Positions 52,501 to 64,000 of a stretch of DNA of 64,000 nucleotides are shown here, in pieces (the stretch's first letter is position 1; every line of letters starts with the position of its first letter). The DNA is from Perna viridis. Its lineage: Eukaryota. The DNA lies in the NCBI GenBank assembly GCA_037379345.1, contig CM074514.1:19778001-19842000 (forward strand), given 5' to 3'. Below the pieces are notes generated by a model. That model saw nothing but the letters and a program-made list of their open reading frames with translations. It searched no databases and had not been told where the DNA came from. A program made the position numbers and the translations under genes.

Positions 52501-55500
52501 ATTATTTTAACCCTATTTCCATTAATTTTACTTCATGAAGTCAATATAACTTATGCATCACATTAGTTTTGTAGTCATAAGCTATAACTTCTAGCACACC
52601 CATTTAGATTTAGATCTATCTTTTTTTATCAGATTCATCCAATACTTGTAATAAGAATATAATACAGGAAACCATTACATTGTTTATCTATCATTATTTT
52701 TAATAGCTAAGTATTGGAAAATAGATTGTTCATGGCATTATGTCAATACAATATTAAAAGCTCTAGCTGTAAGGCATGTAGTTTTCTGAAGTGTATATGC
52801 ATTGTTTACTGGAGTATATATGGGTAATTATTTCGTTGTACCTGTGTTTAATATTGTTTTGGGGCCAGCTGCAGCTTGCCCTGAGGTGTGAGGGTTTCCT
52901 CGTCATTCAGTGAAAACCAATGGATGGCCTTAAGCCAACAATTTGCATACCAGTATGGGTGGGGCTGTTTAACATATTCACTTTACTTTCATTCTCCTTA
53001 TATCATTTGTTACTTGTATGTATTCAGGTATTAACCGATAGGTTTTTCTTATTACATATTTATTTTTTACTATATCTTATTACAATAGATGCAGTTTCCT
53101 CTAAACTAATTATTTTATTTTAGGAACTTTTGAAATTGACCTGTATTCTACATAGGAACATGTAATGTTCAAAATGGTCTCTACTAATTAATGTTTTGTT
53201 ATAAATTTTTGACCATTTAAGGCTAATATAATTTAATTTTACCTTCCATTTATATTTGTATCCATTTTTATACAAATACAAAAAAAATTATTCAGTCATA
53301 TAATGGTATTCCCCTGTCCTTGTTGTCGTCATCGGTGTCTATTAACTTTCCTTTACATACGATAACTTGAACATTTTGCCATCTCCCTTTTTTTTTTTAC
53401 CATAATGTGGCAATGTATCGTTTAATGTTCCGTTAATGACTTTTTTTGTGGGTCTGTCAAACCATGAATTTGAATTCTTCATAAAACATAAAACTTTCAT
53501 TTAATTTGTAAAAATTAAATCAGTTTAAGGCATGAAAAACAAACCAACTTCTAATGACAGGGTGATCACAAAAATTTAATTTCACAGTAATATGGAAAAT
53601 CTGTAATATTATACATGTGCTCTATATTGGTATAACCTGGTCTGTCCATTCTTCTGTCCCTCCATCCTTACTTAATCCAAATTATCTCAACTCCCAATGA
53701 ATGGATTAATTCCAAATTTTGTATGTGGCTTTATATAAAATGGTATCATAGTTACTATCTGTTTTCAACCTCTTGTAGTTAGTGGGGGGTGTACTTAGCA
53801 GGACAACTTCACATTTTACAGCTTTTCTTTGTACAGCTTACATAATTCACATGACTTGGGTGATTTAGGCTTTCGTTTTGCCCTCAATATTGATATTAAT
53901 TAACTTAACAAGATTTATATCAAATAAAATGAATGTAATGGACAGTGTAGACATTAACAAACTAGAGTTATTGCACGTCTGTCAATCAAATTTACAGATA
54001 GACATGTTACAGGAATTTATAACTGTCATTATCTGTCAATCTTATATTTGTTTTTATGATAATTTTTTACTTAGAACTTTTTTTTCAGTATTTTTATGTA
54101 CAATAAGGTATCATACAGACCAAAGTTAAAGGTCGTTTATCGGTCATAGTCCAGTTTTGGAAACCTCAGTTTGAAAACTAATTTATCAATTATGGAATGA
54201 TAAAAATGGTATCTTCATTTATTTGTTTTCTTTCTCCATCATTTCACATTTGCTAGAATGTGATCTAAAGCTACAATATTCTTCTCTTTGAAAATGGCTT
54301 AATACCAAAAATCTTTGCTGTTGCACTGAATGAGTTTACTGGAACATATTCTTTATTTTCTCACTGTATGTACATTTTCATTTCATTTTATACAATAATA
54401 TGCAGCAAATATATTGCTACATTGTTTTCAAATAAGTTTCATATGATAATCACATAAATTGAACAAATATGTTTTGAAATTGTGCTAAAATTTGAATTTT
54501 TGGTATGTTTATATAAATTCATGTGAAGTGAATTTTTATTGAAAAGGGATATTTATTTCATATGAATCTTCAAGATTTTTTTTAGCAAATTATTTAATTT
54601 GTCAAATATAAACAGAATCTTCTATGTCTTTGATCTGAATTACAATGTACTTTGGGAAAACCATATATTTATTAGGAAAAAAAACAATGCTTTTCGCCAT
54701 TAAAAAATATGAACAGTTGGATTTTCTGATCAGAGCCATAAAGTTTCTTTTCCACCACTTCCTTCAGTTTTTATCACTATCCATCCACGATAAATTTATT
54801 TCTTTCTCCAACTAAGTTGTAACTTGAATTCTGTAAAGCTACCATCAGTTCCTCCATTGACCAAATTTTCATAGATAATCTCTATGTTGTACATGTAATA
54901 TTGATCATAAGTTATGACATCATAATACAAAAACATGTAGTGACATTTTTACTTACAATCTACTACAATTAAGACTTTATGTTAAATTGATCACTAAAAT
55001 CCCAGTCAAAGGTCATAAGAACTTACAAATTCATGTTAATTTGTTTACATGGCAAGGGGAGACAAATCTTGCATTTCCTTATTGTGTTTTTGTCAATGAA
55101 TGAACTATGTTGGATAGCTTGAGATACTACTTTTCATTTTCTGTATCCAAAATTGACTTGAATCTTCAGCTTTTTGACATAAACAATTTTTCTAAGTTAC
55201 TTTATTATCAGATTTCAGACATTTTAGAACATTCTTCCTCTTCTATTCCTGTAATTTATAGGCTTTTAATATATCAGGTTTTATAAACATAAATAGAGAA
55301 CATAGAGATAAATTCTTCTGGGTAAATCTTTTTAAGGTTAAATTTCATCTTTTATATAATTGTATATTTATAATGAATACTGAATGGTTGTTTCTATAGT
55401 ATTTGATTTTCTATATGGCTATTATTTTCTTTGGTCAACTTTTACAGTACAAATACTGTATAAAAGAGTTCAAATGATCAATACTTTAGAAGGAATACCA

Positions 55501-58500
55501 TTTTCTCCTTGCTTGATATTGTGCTTTTTGTAACATGGCTAAACACCAGTCATTTATCAGTCACCTACCCCAAGGGGATGACTTGGACGCCTTAAACTTA
55601 AATAGGCTGACCTAAGGTTAAAACAATTGAACTACTTGAAGTGAAAATGTTACAAGAGGTTGAAACAACTAAAATCTATGTACAAGTATAGGTAATTTTG
55701 TACTATAAAATCCAACAAAAGCCTTAAAATTTACAGTTTAACAGCTCAGTGATTAAAACAGTAGTTACTAATTGGTTTTTCAGAATGTTATGTATTGAGT
55801 TCAATGGGAATTTGAATTTAAACTTATTTGAAGTAAAATTGCAAAGATTAACAACAAAGTTAAACATTATTTCTCACAATTTAAACTAATTTGAAGTAAC
55901 ATGTAAAAACTGAAAGGATAAACAACAAAGTTAAGCATTATTTCTCATCTTTTTTCATATTCAGTTACTTAAATGCCAGGATGAATCCTAATTCAACTTC
56001 ATAAATGTAATGATTTCTGTCTAGAATATAGACAGCTAGCCTAATGCATCACATATTTTATTATAAGATACACAATATTTCAGTTTCTTTTGTCAAAAGA
56101 GACAAGGAAGTTGAATTTTAAAACTGTATCAAATGTGCACCACAGTAAATGGCATTGACTTTCTACATGTATTTACATAATAATGGGAAAAAAGTTGTAT
56201 CAAAGAAAAATAATCTGTCATAAAGTCTGAAGGGGTGCATGTCATCAGTGGGGTATTCAAGAACATGGGATAAAAATTACCACAAAACCATTTAAATTTA
56301 AAACAGTTTATTTATGTAATAAGTAAACATTGAAGGTAAGCTTTGTGAATACTAATGTAAAGTTATGCTTCATGTACCTAAATAATATTTTTAATACCAT
56401 TTAAAAATTTCTTAAATTGAAAAGGAATTTCAGTCAACTATTTTCTATTAAAGTGTCAATAGATCAAGGCAGCAAAATGGTGAACCTTGTCCCTCAGAGA
56501 ATTTTGGTATTTTATTTAATATTTCTACTGTTTGGATGCATGATATACATATATATAATGGAAGTTATAGAGACAGCCAGCTCAAGAATGGGCATTTTGT
56601 GCTTTATTCTGAAATGTTTATGTATAGGTTTAGTCCTTCACTTCTTTCAGATATACTTCATTTTTACAGTTTTGATCAATTTGTTTTTATTTTCTTTACT
56701 TATTTCAAAATGTACTAACAGATAGTGGCAATGTTCCCTGATGTGTTATGATTCTGTTTTTGTGCTGATTTCAACATCATGGCTGAAGATGAACATGAAC
56801 ATTTAAATTCTTTTTTTCATTGTGGAATAAAACTTGTTAGTTGTTCTATTTTAGGAGAGGAGAACAAGGGCCATGGCAATGATTGCCAATCTGGATATTC
56901 CTGGTCAGCTTGCATTTGTTTACAACAAACTTGATGGTATGTTATCGTCATTTTTATTTGGGTCATTTTACTGGTTTTTGCTGAATGTTCTTCCTTTAAA
57001 TGTATTTTAAATTTGTACAAATCCTGAAACAAGATTGAAGCTGATCTGTTTTCCTGAAAAGCAATATTTTTCTTCTGAACTATGTGGGGATGGGACACTT
57101 TAAATGAGTTAGGGCAAAACCACTGATTATTAATTTTAAAAACAATTCTGATATTATTCTAACTATTTTATAACTGCCACATGTTCTTGATATTGCTGCA
57201 CCCAATGCATATTTGCTGCTTCAAATTGTCAGGTAATGTTTTTTTTTTCTTTGCAGCTTTTAATACTTAATTAATTGAATGATGCTACCTTTTTATTTTA
57301 AGACTGGCAATGTATCCACTCAGACAGACAGATAGTAGCTATTGATGGCCACGTAACTCCCTTAGATTTGAAATACAACCTTCCAGAGGACATCAACTCT
57401 TATCCATTCAGCAAGTTTACCAATATTTACTTTAAGGTGAGAAAACAATGACCAAATTGAAGTGTTTTTATTATCCCAGGTTTGCCAGGTTAAACATACC
57501 TGAATATCTCTGCATATTTTGCATTTGCAGTTTTTAAAAGAATACAGAAAAAGCAATAACAACATCTCTCTGGCTTGTTCTTTTTATTTTATGATGTAAG
57601 AACGTTCAAATTTTACATTTTTCTCAGCAACTTTTTCAACAGTTTTTTTCTTGATAAAGGCAAAGTTGTATTTGAAAGCTGCCTTGACATTCCAGACGTA
57701 AACAAGTATGAAAAGTCAAGGCTGAATTTGAGACATTGAGTGTATTAATAGGATTATCTGATCAACAATTAACTGATACCATAACAGATATAGGAAAGGA
57801 CAGGCCATGACTCCATAATGTCGCTAAATGTCAAGATAGCAATCGGAAACTTCCATTGGTCAACCACATAATCTGATAACAAAAGCCACATTCTTTCATA
57901 TTAAGGACAATAATTTTTATCTTAATGTTTAATTATGATTTTAATTGCTCATCAATTTATAGTTTTTATGATCAGATATAGTAATGTAAAAACAATGAGA
58001 GAATTTATTCTTGGTGCATATGAAATGTTGTCTCAATTATGATTTGTAACCCCCTACCAGAGTGTTTACAATCATCACCACCACTTTTTAACTTCAGTAT
58101 CGGTTGTACAAGCAATTTTTCATATACTTGAAATTTTCTTTTTTTAGAAATTCAAACTCTTTTCTTTTAATTATAGGATCAGAATTGGGGTGTTACCTTT
58201 GAACCCATCAAATCACCCCTAACAACCTATGTTACTGGAGAGGAGAATGCAAGACAGGCAACTTCCGTCTTTAAATTGGTTAGTCTACACTTCGTTAGTA
58301 ACCAAAAAAAAAAATATGCTCATTCAGTTATTACTGAGGATATTGTCCATTATACTAATGAATATATGATATAATATAAGCAAACAGAATGCACAGAATA
58401 GACTTTCTCAGAAATCCCTTAATATGGTGATCACCTTTTAGTAACAATGACTTTTTGGTTCCGAGGGTTTCAGCAGATCAGGTTCCTAACAACTTTAGTA

Positions 58501-61500
58501 TAACAACAGATAGGCTTAAAAATTTATTGAATCTGTTTGACCGGCATGCATGGCAGCCTCTTTTGTACGAAGAAAAGAAAAAATATATGTAAGAAAACCT
58601 TACTGCTATTTTATTTTAAATTTTATGTTATTTTTTTTTGTTTTTTATTTTACATAAATTTATGTTTTAAATTATATATTATGTGAATGAACTTTATTTG
58701 TACTGTCTGCAGATCTTACGCTACATGAATGACCAGACTTTGAGCACCAAGAAAGAGAAGGCTTTGGCTGACTACATAGTACAAATGGTAAGTAATGTGG
58801 TAGGAAAAGGAAAGTTTACCTTGAGAAAGGTTTTAATGTAACTAACATGAGCTAAATAGAGTGTTTTCATTTGTAATTGATCAAATCTTTGTTATGATAC
58901 TTTTTTAATAGTTTTGATTTTTTCCTTCTACAGGGTTTACAAAATGAGCACATCAGAGATGAGATCTACAGCCAGATAGCCAATCAGATTTGGAACAATC
59001 AAAGAGTTACTGCCCTTGACAGAGGATGGACATTGATGGCAGCCTGTCTCAGTGCTTTTCCTCCCAGTGAAAAAATATTCAAGTATCTTCTCAAGTAAGT
59101 TAAATACTTTTTTTTGTAAATATATAATTATAAATGAACACATAAGTTGTAATTAAAATTTCCCGAGGTTCGTAGAATAGCGGGAAATACTTGTATAAAC
59201 GTTGCATAGGAATATTTTAGTTTTTGGTCACATGTTCTATTAGAAAATGCGAGAAAATTTTTCTGTTAAAGTCACTCTCTACCCGACAAACTGTGTCAAG
59301 TTTCTGTTTGCATGGGTTCTGGACACAGGTTTGCAATTTCTGTTTAATATCAATAGTTTTCAAGGTTTTTCCTGGCCGGCAAAGTCGCCTGTGACAGAGG
59401 TTCGTTCCCTTTTAATTGGTTATTAATTGGACCCATTTGGATTTTTTCCATTTCATGTAACATTGACATATATTATCTGTTAATCGATCATGGTATTATA
59501 TGTAAGATTGTGAATTTATACTGAGAATAAATCCGGTGTCCACTAGCTGTCAGGGTTATGGGCAATACGATATATTGTTTTTTCATTATGTCTTTAGTAA
59601 GAAAGATTTAGAAGGTTAGCCTTATACTATGTAGTAACACTAGTCAATGCCTTTGTCCACTTATAAGAAGGCAAGGACTTGTAAAAGTTGGTCCAGGAAA
59701 AATTTACAGGAATTTGTTGTTTGCTATGGCAAAGTAGCAAAATAGCATTTGTTGCTTTTCAGTATAACTATAATGAATTTTGTTGAAAAGTTTAATTGTA
59801 ACTGAACACTCACCTGTTGGTATGTTTTTGATACATTGTTAATGGAATAATAATCATAGTGCACATATCATTTTAGGTTTGTGTCTGACATAGGTCATGA
59901 AAAGAAGTTCCAGATTCTCTGCCAACACAAAGCATTGCAATGTGCCAAGATAGAAGCCCAGTTATGTCGAGTCTATCCACCATGTCTGCTAGAGTGGAGA
60001 GCTATACAACAGCACTGCAATATGGCTCTCCCAGTCTCATTTGCTGATGGTATGTTGAATTTTACAATTACTATATGAATAAAACCTCTATGCTGTATCC
60101 TGAATAGTTCTGGCAGGTGAAGATTGTTTATGGGTTTTGTGGAAGAAAGCAGTAAATGCTACAGAAAATGACTTCAACAAATGTTTTGCAGGGTAAAATG
60201 GTTTTTACCTGTCTGCCAGTCTGTCCTGTTCTTGTCATCACTTCTACTCTAAAACTTGGTATATGTAAAGGACAAAATATGAAGATAAGCATATTAACAG
60301 TATTTGATCAGATTTATTTGCCAGGAGTTATGACAAATTTTCTAAATTTTCGTTCTAAATTCTGTCCATTCAAATAAAGATTCATATTTGTAAAGGTATC
60401 TGGTTACTAAATCATTTAATAAGATTGTTCACTACTTTATGTTGAATATTTTAATTTAAAGTGACCTATTTCCAATTCCATGACCTGCTGTTGAAATGTA
60501 TATGCATGTTTAAAATTTATTATATCTTTTTTAAGACAATGTATATTTTATCAATTACAATAAGCAGTCAGCACATTTTCTAAATCTTACTGTTCATCTG
60601 CTAACTAAAAGTAGTCATCTATATACATGTACTAAGATAACTGTTGTCAATATCTCAAGATGTTTGGAGTATAAAATTTGTCATAAGACATGACTTGACA
60701 ATGTTGTTTTCTATGATGATGTCATTACTAAGGATTAGTTTTACAACTCCAACTTTTTGTGAAATTGTCTTTTGATCTTGGTTGTGAAAATTACCACCTA
60801 GATGATGGTTCTTCATCAGTATTCCTGCTTTTTGAACCTCCTTAGCAGTACCAGTTTGTTTAAATGAGCTTTATATCTTATTTTATCAAGCAACATACAA
60901 ACATTATGACTTTTTTCATACACTGATTGTTGATTTTATGTACATCTTAATTAAAATACATTGGGGAATTTCTTTAGAGAAATATGATTTTACTGCGGTT
61001 CGCTCCTACTTTCAGGTACAGTTCAATGTTCAACAAGTTCAGAACATGTAAAAATTTGTAAGAATGTTGTTAGATCTTGTCTTTCCTCATAAACTGTTGT
61101 TGAGGCTGTGTTATGGACATGAACCTATTAATTATAAGGATGATTCAGACCACTTTACGTCTGAACACATTATGTCTTTGATGATTTTCATCATGCTATG
61201 ACGATCCTGGTTACATTTTACATGCAATTTCTTGTGCATCAATTTTTTTAATAATTTGATTTATTGATCTTGTAATTTGATAAACACACATGATTTTTAG
61301 TTTTAAGTTAGTTGTGGTCTTCTGCATTTTTTGGCCATGTATTTTGGATCTGGTTTTTTTTATTAGATGTTTGACAGAGAAGTCACATTTTTGCCACATG
61401 TTTCTGTAGTTTTTTGCCCATTTTAAACTGGTACCCATGTTACAACATGAAACTGTTGTTAAGTAATAAATTGTATATCAGTTATATACAATTTCAGGGG

Positions 61501-64000
61501 TAGTAATATAAAAGTTGTTGGTTTCAATTAACAGTAAGATAACTCTATACAATATTAAGTACAGTAAAACCTATCTAATCTGAACCTCTCGTCAATCGAG
61601 TTTGTTTAGACAGGTTCAAAATACATTTAAACTGATATATAGGGACTTAAAAAGTGTCTGGTTTAAACAGGTTTATTCAGGGTTCAGTATAGATATTTTT
61701 CACTGTACTAAATGTAAATGAAAATGAAAGCATAACAGTGTTCCTATTTAGCTAGGCAAACCCATTGTACATCACTCTGTCATTTGATCAGTGTGTATCT
61801 CTTTAAAAGTAAATGAACAAAAATACACTACTCCATTAAACTTTTCTGGCTTTAACAGTTTTTTTTTCAACTCAGATTAAAGAAAAAAAAGTCATAGTGA
61901 AAGTCACAAGCCAAAAAATGACGAGTGTGAAGAATAAGGTCCTAACTCTAGACTGATAATCATTTATAAGTAGATAATTCGTCTTGTTTCTATCATTGTT
62001 TAAAATGTACTCTAATTTTTGCTTCATGAAAAGCTTAGTAAGTTTGGTGTAATGTTATTTTTGCTTGTTAATGAACTATTTTGAAACCATGACATGTTTT
62101 CATCCAAAATGAAAGATTTAAGTGTTATATATGTAGTTTGATTTGAGTAGTAGAAATAAACAGCATGAGGACAGTTAGATCTTATAATTATATAGGGGAA
62201 TACAAATAAGTATTGTGGGCATTCAAGCAAAATTAAAATTATCACCTTTAAGTATTGAAGAAAAAAAGATAGATTTATTAAAACACTAAAGTATTTTTAT
62301 CTTAAACTGAATGTTTTTCTTGTATTTCAGGGAGGAAATTGATTGGTCCAGTAGAATCATGGACAACAGCTGAGTTGTTTACAAGTCATTTACTGAATAC
62401 CAGGTATTTAAAGTTTTACCTCCGAGCCAAAAGAAGTAGTTGTTCTGTGATCTGTCACTTATCTAAGTCAGTTCAGCCCATGAAAATAATCACTTTAATA
62501 GATAAATTTAATAAAATAGCAATTACTCTTAAGATTTGTCTAGGTAGAGGTGATTGTAACTGATATCATTTGGGTTATTGTTATTGATACAGTTGTTTAT
62601 ATATCCTATATTGTTTCTTGTGAACACATATACATGGATGTTTGGATTCTTTATACTTTTCTTCATCTTTAAAGGTAACTGCACTTAGTTAATATTATGA
62701 AAGTAGCTGCTATTGTCATGGGAAAATTTTCACTTACACAAACTATTGCCTTTAGGACAAATATATTTCATTCTTTTTCCTTAACTACATTGTCTGTCAT
62801 GAAATATTGTATGCAAATTGATTGATAAAATCTCAATTTGAGTTTTTACTTCATTCATAAGTATTTGTTCATATTTTCTACGGTAAGATAAACAACAGGA
62901 AACTATAATGATAATAGAAATAATCAGAAATGATGTTACAAGATGCTAATTCCATTTGTTTTGTCAGCCACAGGTGTTAAATAGTCTTAACGTTATTGTT
63001 TACATGAGGTACTCACCTCATAAATGTCTTTTAAAACATTATAGTCAGGAGATAGAAAAACCACAAATGCTTGAGGACTTGTACGAATTACAATTTATAT
63101 TTTCTGAGTGTTTTAGTTACATTGTTTTTATTTTGATATTTTTAACCAATGGTTATCTACACCCATTAAAAGTTTGAGAAAGTGTGTACCATATTCATGC
63201 TGGTTTTACCTGTCAACATGTAGCAAGTCTCATAATTGCCTCTAGAACCAAATGATAAAGTGCCGAAACTTACATGGCATTAGTCATACCTGGTACCAAG
63301 CAGTTTCATTAGCTTTCTGTTAAGATTGTTAAGATGTCATTCTGTCGTTTACTCTGATTTTCGGATTATTCTAGGGGACTGAAAGAGAACAGTTTTGGTT
63401 GGACACTCCAACTACAAGAAGATGTTGATTATTATGAATTAATGGGATATGAGTATGTCCTTGATCTTTTGAGTGAAATGGAGATTCCTCCTGGATTCCC
63501 TGTCTGTAGATCTTACAATCTGGTATCTTCTGATAGAACCAGAGACCCATCACAATCAATCAGAAAAGCCTACAAAGATACGTAAGTTCAAATTTGTTTT
63601 CTTTGACTACTAAGTTCTTCAATAACTTTTTCCTCATATTGAGAATGAAAGCACATAATTCTTTTAGCATAAATTTTTGAAGTTACATTTTGCAGACAAG
63701 AAGATGTGAATCATTGTTTTGAAATAGAATGATTTTCATTTTTTTTTTTTTATAAATCTTAAAAGCACTCAGGATGATGAATTTAAATTAAGTTTATTAA
63801 AATGGTGACTTTTTTTTTCACTTTTTCATATTTCATTCTTCTGAAGAATGATAAAATGATATACTGTATAAAATATTTGTAGACCACACAACACAGATGC
63901 CCCACGTTACATGACTTTACCTGGAAAACTTCCAGAACCATTCAAAGTAGTTTCTAAGAGACTAGAAGAGAGATCATTCTCTCCAAGGACTAAAGAAGCT
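22502..64000 (+). CDS. MYO15: Unconventional myosin class XV (MYO15-like), spliced, 27 coding exons in window, 3' partial
   Basis: Manual exon joining gives a continuous frame with GVEDMINL, P-loop GESGSGKTE, switch [10 protein letters not shown], switch II DIFGFE, loop-2 region [17 protein letters not shown] (typical of invertebrate myosin XV), 3 IQ motifs, LDIPGQLAF, MyTH4 (ILRYMND...[11 protein letters not shown]...[16 protein letters not shown]) and VESWTT. All introns are GT-AG with matching phases. Confidence 0.93.
26021..26084 (+). CDS. MYO15: Myosin XV exon 2 ([21 protein letters not shown])
   Basis: tttcag| ... |gtaagt; conserved motor N-terminal motif. Confidence 0.92.
26093..26285 (+). 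mobile_element. Degenerate tRNA-headed SINE fragment immediately after the exon 2 donor
   Basis: A-box-like tggcttggtgg and B-box-like ggttcaatctcc (~26130), then ccgagtcataccaaa...ctgcttctccgctaagca body resembling molluscan SINEs (from memory). Confidence 0.6.
26859..27079. mobile_element. Degenerate MITE, hAT-like ends
   Basis: TIR cagggtttgacactaac vs gttagtatcaatccctt (14/17 complementary); internal ggactac/gtagtcc inverted motifs; no clear TSD. Confidence 0.45.
27744..27853 (+). CDS. MYO15: Myosin XV exon 3 ([37 protein letters not shown])
   Basis: ttttag| ... |gtaagt; SILVSVNPY motif. Confidence 0.95.
31216..31453 (+). repeat. Minisatellite, 34 bp x 7, containing TACTAAC
   Basis: ctgcttactaactccagataacNNNNNcatgata repeated, with variation mostly in the central block. 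Confidence 0.95.
31646..31720 (+). CDS. MYO15: Myosin XV exon 4 ([25 protein letters not shown])
   Basis: tttccag| ... |gtaagt; completes PPHLFAI. Confidence 0.94.
34702..34902 (+). CDS. MYO15: Myosin XV exon 5, P-loop and switch I
   Basis: [19 protein letters not shown]...[29 protein letters not shown]; cttcag| ... |gtaatg. Confidence 0.97.
36493..36556 (+). CDS. MYO15: Myosin XV exon 6 ([21 protein letters not shown])
   Basis: tttacag| ... |gtttgt; YLLEKSR motif. Confidence 0.95.
39651..39764 (+). CDS. MYO15: Myosin XV exon 7 ([16 protein letters not shown]...YFYLNQ)
   Basis: ttgtag| ... |gtacgt; ERNYHVFY motif. Confidence 0.96.
40200..40475 (+). CDS. MYO15: Myosin XV exon 8 (GGSCDI...[13 protein letters not shown]...ALTSKVT)
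   Basis: tttcag| ... |gtaagt; overlaps ORF 40248..40532. Confidence 0.95.
40752..40810 (+). CDS. MYO15: Myosin XV exon 9 ([19 protein letters not shown])
   Basis: taacag| ... |gtaatg; cardiomyopathy loop with Asp at the TEDS position. Confidence 0.93.
41181..41310 (+). CDS. MYO15: Myosin XV exon 10 ([20 protein letters not shown]...LLDIFGFE), switch II
   Basis: ttgcag| ... |gtatgt. Confidence 0.96.
41721..42074 (+). CDS. MYO15: Myosin XV exon 11 ([17 protein letters not shown]...[10 protein letters not shown]), relay region
   Basis: tttcag| ... |gtaagt; overlaps ORF 41775..42134. Confidence 0.96.
42492..42907 (+). repeat. Minisatellite, 41 bp x 10, abutting the exon 12 acceptor
   Basis: ttgacaatgtggactatttctataacattt(a/c)tatgctattg repeated. 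Confidence 0.97.
42909..42986 (+). CDS. MYO15: Myosin XV exon 12 ([26 protein letters not shown])
   Basis: gttgacag| ... |gtaagt; FLDKNKD motif. Confidence 0.95.
43270..43424 (+). CDS. MYO15: Myosin XV exon 13 (TIAQMF...[29 protein letters not shown]), loop 2
   Basis: tttacag| ... |gtaagt. Confidence 0.94.
43752..43774. repeat. (GA)n microsatellite
   Basis: gagagaga run of ~11 units. Confidence 0.9.
43846..44016 (+). CDS. MYO15: Myosin XV exon 14 ([12 protein letters not shown]...[29 protein letters not shown])
   Basis: ttttag| ... |gtgaga. Confidence 0.96.
43981..44474 (+). repeat. Exon 14-derived tandem array (original plus 8 copies, mostly 53 bp)
   Basis: ccca(a/g)t...gtcagattc(c/t)ctgccttcattg(a/g)tag(g/a)tg at 43981, 44046, 44113, 44166, 44219, 44272, 44325, 44378 and 44431. 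Confidence 0.95.
45229..45352 (+). CDS. MYO15: Myosin XV exon 15, converter (YRFLLQG...QYRLGATK)
   Basis: caacag| ... |gtaaca. Confidence 0.93.
45703..45878 (+). CDS. MYO15: Myosin XV exon 16 (VFMKE...; IQ1 [15 protein letters not shown]2 [12 protein letters not shown])
   Basis: ttttag| ... |gtaaag. Confidence 0.92.
48380..48464 (+). CDS. MYO15: Myosin XV exon 17 ([28 protein letters not shown]), IQ3
   Basis: attacag| ... |gttagt; phase matches both neighbours. Confidence 0.9.
51293..51373 (+). CDS. MYO15: Myosin XV exon 18 ([27 protein letters not shown]), charged helix
   Basis: cttacag| ... |gtaaag; phase 0-0, purine-rich. Confidence 0.85.
51716..51792. repeat. 33 bp tandem duplication
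   Basis: gtccatcagaggaccacattgccttgtctcta repeated ~2.3 times. Confidence 0.85.
52250..52460 (+). mobile_element. HINE-like fragment (3' end)
   Basis: gatgaaactttcacac internal motif; terminal hairpin gtgagcattgctcac (52437-52451) identical to 6986-7000. Confidence 0.45.
52860..52995 (+). mobile_element. Degenerate SINE-like repeat fragment; related pieces at ~27150-27240 and ~35220-35260
   Basis: Shares an a(c)c(c/a)atggatggc motif with ~27160; the 27150 and 35220 pieces share ttgtctctttg...catatccat. Confidence 0.35.
56855..56936 (+). CDS. MYO15: Myosin XV exon 19 ([27 protein letters not shown])
   Basis: ttttag| ... |gtatgt; resembles the LEIPAELA motif of myosin XV tails. Confidence 0.88.
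57303..57436 (+). CDS. MYO15: Myosin XV exon 20 ([11 protein letters not shown]...[19 protein letters not shown])
   Basis: ttttaag| (AAG acceptor) ... |gtgaga. Confidence 0.88.
58177..58278 (+). CDS. MYO15: Myosin XV exon 21 ([17 protein letters not shown]...ATSVFKL)
   Basis: ttatag| ... |gttagt; start of the MyTH4 region. Confidence 0.9.
58713..58787 (+). CDS. MYO15: Myosin XV exon 22 ([25 protein letters not shown]), MyTH4
   Basis: ctgcag| ... |gtaagt. Confidence 0.93.
58934..59094 (+). CDS. MYO15: Myosin XV exon 23 ([18 protein letters not shown]...[24 protein letters not shown]), MyTH4 core
   Basis: ctacag| ... |gtaagt. Confidence 0.95.
59877..60049 (+). CDS. MYO15: Myosin XV exon 24 (FVSDIGHEK...[13 protein letters not shown]...MALPVSFAD), MyTH4 end
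   Basis: ttttag| ... |gtatgt; R..PP..LEW motif. Confidence 0.93.
61562..61705. mobile_element. Tc1/mariner-type MITE, 144 bp
   Basis: 25 bp TIRs cagtaaaacctatctaatctgaacc / ggttcagtatagatatttttcactg (20/25 complementary), flanked by TA on both sides. Confidence 0.7.
62331..62403 (+). CDS. MYO15: Myosin XV exon 25 ([23 protein letters not shown]), start of FERM-like region
   Basis: tttcag| ... |gtattt. Confidence 0.88.
63375..63581 (+). CDS. MYO15: Myosin XV exon 26 ([14 protein letters not shown]...[22 protein letters not shown]...)
   Basis: ttctag| ... |gtaagt; GW...YVLDL..E motif. Confidence 0.9.
63883..64000 (+). CDS. MYO15: Myosin XV exon 27, truncated by the window end ([39 protein letters not shown])
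   Basis: tttgtag acceptor; open in the phase expected from exon 26. Confidence 0.75.

Noticed and set aside
22502-64000. Assignment to myosin VII, X or XXII; presence of U12-type introns
   Set aside because: The lack of an N-terminal SH3-like region, 3 IQ motifs, KPRTPTVAA loop 2 and an early MyTH4 followed by SWTT fit class XV better. No donor matches the U12 consensus RTATCCTT.

Overview
AT-rich, intron-rich animal genomic DNA. The repeat families look like those of a bivalve mollusc (my recognition, not verified by search). The main feature is the 5' part of a + strand class XV unconventional myosin gene (MYO15-like). I assembled 27 coding exons by hand from ATG 22502 to the window end: all introns are GT-AG, all phases are consistent, and the total is 3504 nt (about 1168 aa). 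They encode the motor domain, 3 IQ motifs, a charged ER/K helix, the first MyTH4 domain and the start of the FERM-like region, and the gene continues past 64000. The first 22 kb has no recognisable host coding exons and is probably 5' intron or upstream DNA. It holds two decayed Penelope-like RT fragments, Helentron/HINE-type non-autonomous elements, a TSD-flanked SINE-like retroposon with a structured non-tRNA head, and minisatellites. Most ORFs in the supplied track are spurious. The most unusual signal is that tandem arrays inside the gene are anchored on its own splice signals. Exon-end plus 5' splice site 'echoes' follow exons 1, 3, 10 and 14. A 10 x 41 bp AG-free array ends exactly at the exon 12 acceptor. 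A 7 x 34 bp array of perfect TACTAAC branch-point motifs lies upstream of exon 4.
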